Shown: positions 61,760 to 64,000 of the stretch, one piece after another
Numbering within the stretch: the stretch's first letter is position 1
Layout of the letters: every line of letters begins with the position of its first letter
DNA from: Chrysomallon squamiferum
Taxonomy: Eukaryota > Animalia > Mollusca
NCBI GenBank assembly: GCA_012295275.1
Contig: CM022665.1
Location: 23,932,001 to 23,996,000 of the forward strand
DNA: 64,000 nucleotides
Direction of reading: 5' to 3'
The notes under the pieces: generated by a model
Databases searched by the model: none
Seen by the model: only the letters and a program-made list of their open reading frames with translations
Told to the model about the DNA's origin: nothing
Made by a program: the position numbers and the translations under genes

Positions 61760-62068
61760 TACTGCAACTACTACAACAATCACAACAATAACTGCCACTG
61801 ATACAATACTAATATTTCTTCTTCTACTACTACCTCTTTCATCATCACTACTGATATTATGACTACCACTACAACTGCAACTGCGACTAATGCTACTGCT
61901 ACTACTACTGTTACCACTACTATTTTTATTACTACTACTACTACTACTACTATTACTATCAACTTTACTACTAGTATGACTACTACAACAGCTGTATCTG
62001 CGACTAGTACTATTGCTGGAACTAGTGCTACTACTACCTTAACCGCTACTACTATTATTACAATAACA

Positions 62069-62114
<46 letters not shown>

Positions 62115-62140
62115 TGCCACTGCTTCTACCTTTACTACCA
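61760..62140. repeat. Degenerate (ACT)/(GCT)n trinucleotide tract
   Basis: Seen directly; explains the Thr/Leu/Val-rich ORFs here. Confidence 0.85.
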
Positions 62141-62587
62141 AGATATTTTACTCCATAGAAAAGCAAATTAAAACTTAAAGATTCTGCATTTCAAAGGAAT
62201 CATGATGATATCATTTTAGTGATATGTACTGAATTATTTTCACCCAAGTTTTAGTCATTAAATCCCCCTTAAAATCTGAGACATAAATCCACTGAGAAGA
62301 GAGAAATACCTTAACCTTTCTTTATGTTAACAATGTAATATAAATATTTGCCCGGGAAGAAGCTGGAATATAAATCGATAACAGAACGCATTTCAAAGGG
62401 TTCTTCCAGGAGAAAATAAATCAGAGATAAAAACATGATGAGACTGTCGCCCAACAATGGAACGCTCTAGCTGCACAATGGCCATGTCGGTAGTTTTACT
62501 CATGTGTTTCATTTAAAGTGATATGAGACAGAAAACCTGATGCAACTTTTATAAGTTAAGAGACCTTTTTTTTTCTTTTTGGTTTTT

Positions 62588-62690
<103 letters not shown>

Positions 62691-63350
62691 ATTATTATTA
62701 TTTTTAATGCATTTTTCACACATTATAAGAAAGCACAAACTAATGCTCTTGAAAATTTTGTTTTATATCTATATCTATATCTATCTATCTATCTATCTAT
62801 TTATCTATCTATATGTGTGTATGTGAGTCTGTATGTGTGTATGTATGTGTGTGTGTGTGTGTGTTTGTGTGTGTTTTCTTCTTCACGTGAGCTTTCTTCT
62901 GAATGTGAATTAAACTGTTCATTCTCAATATCTTAGTAGATCCACCACCATAAAAAATGTCGATAAAGTAACAGAAGAGAAATCCGGTCAGCGGTCTGAA
63001 ATACGGAGTCACGATTTCCATGTTGAGAAAACTATTTTCAAACTCGATATTTCAAGACTGTGAGAACTTTCTTTAAATTTGAAAGGAATCTGGCTGCAGT
63101 GGACGACCGACATTAATTATGATTTCGATTAAAAGAGAATATTGTATTGTAAATGCGTGAATAGATTTAATATCTTCACTGATCGGTAAACTGAAGGTAA
63201 TTTTGAAAATGACTGCAAAGACATTCCAAACACCATCTGACTGCTAGAAATCCGTGAATAGCAAGAAAAATGATTTTTGGTAATATCTGATTACTCTATA
63301 AATGTATGTCTCTTGTTTGTGTAAATGTATGTTTATGTATGTTCGTGCAT

Positions 63351-63392
<42 letters not shown>

Positions 63393-64000
63393 ATAATTGA
63401 ATTTGTTTGATTAAAGGAAGAGTTCTCGATTTCTACACATACATACAACACAAACACACACATTCACATACAAATGTACATGCATACATATATACAGACC
63501 TATATACCTACCTATCTACATATATGCACGCACATACATACATACAAACATACATATATACACATACATACATACATACACGCACATACATACATACATG
63601 CATACATGCATACATGCATACACACGCGCATACGTACAACAAAACAATAACATCAAAGAACAAAAAGATCAAACGAACGAAATAAGAGAGAACCAGGCTA
63701 AGTAAAAAATCCTGTACTGAAAATAGAAACTTCTAGATGTGTGTCAAAATCTGCTTATTAATTAACACACTGAAAAGCGCCTCCTAGTGGGACATCATTT
63801 GATCGCACAAATGAGCAGTGACAAACAAAAACGTTCTTTCGTCTCTGCTTTAAAATGGATATATCGAATTTGATCTTCAATACAAATCACAAAATGAACA
63901 CAACACTGCAGAAGAGGAAGTGCATTCCCTGCCAAAATGCACTTGAAGTAATTTAGTATCGATTACGAAAAATATTGTTCAATCGATCACGACATATACA

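Overview
This is AT-rich, microsatellite-dense metazoan genomic DNA with spliced genes. An invertebrate, plausibly lophotrochozoan, origin is an inference. Three genes can be reconstructed exon by exon with consistent splice phases. (A) The last four coding exons of an HHAT/Rasp-type MBOAT acyltransferase lie on + (252-3054; the 5' part is outside the window). (B) A convergently oriented paralogue lies on - (10 exons, 11813-4280; start codon not located). It carries Leu in place of the catalytic MBOAT His, a GC-AG intron and an apparent 1-nt frameshift. (C) A complete 10-exon ether-a-go-go (EAG/Kv10, KCNH1/5-like) K+ channel lies on + (20231-59218, 3240-nt CDS, 1079 aa, 21-kb first intron). 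Its selectivity filter reads TGVGFG instead of TSVGFG, two otherwise conserved Gly are Ser, and an RFX X-box plus an NRF-1 motif lie upstream. The rest contains two decayed Tc1/mariner elements, an internally deleted FLYWCH-MULE, a MITE family, a duplicated 193-bp element with an (AG)n tail, degenerate minisatellites and many microsatellites. No RNA genes or CRISPR arrays were found.
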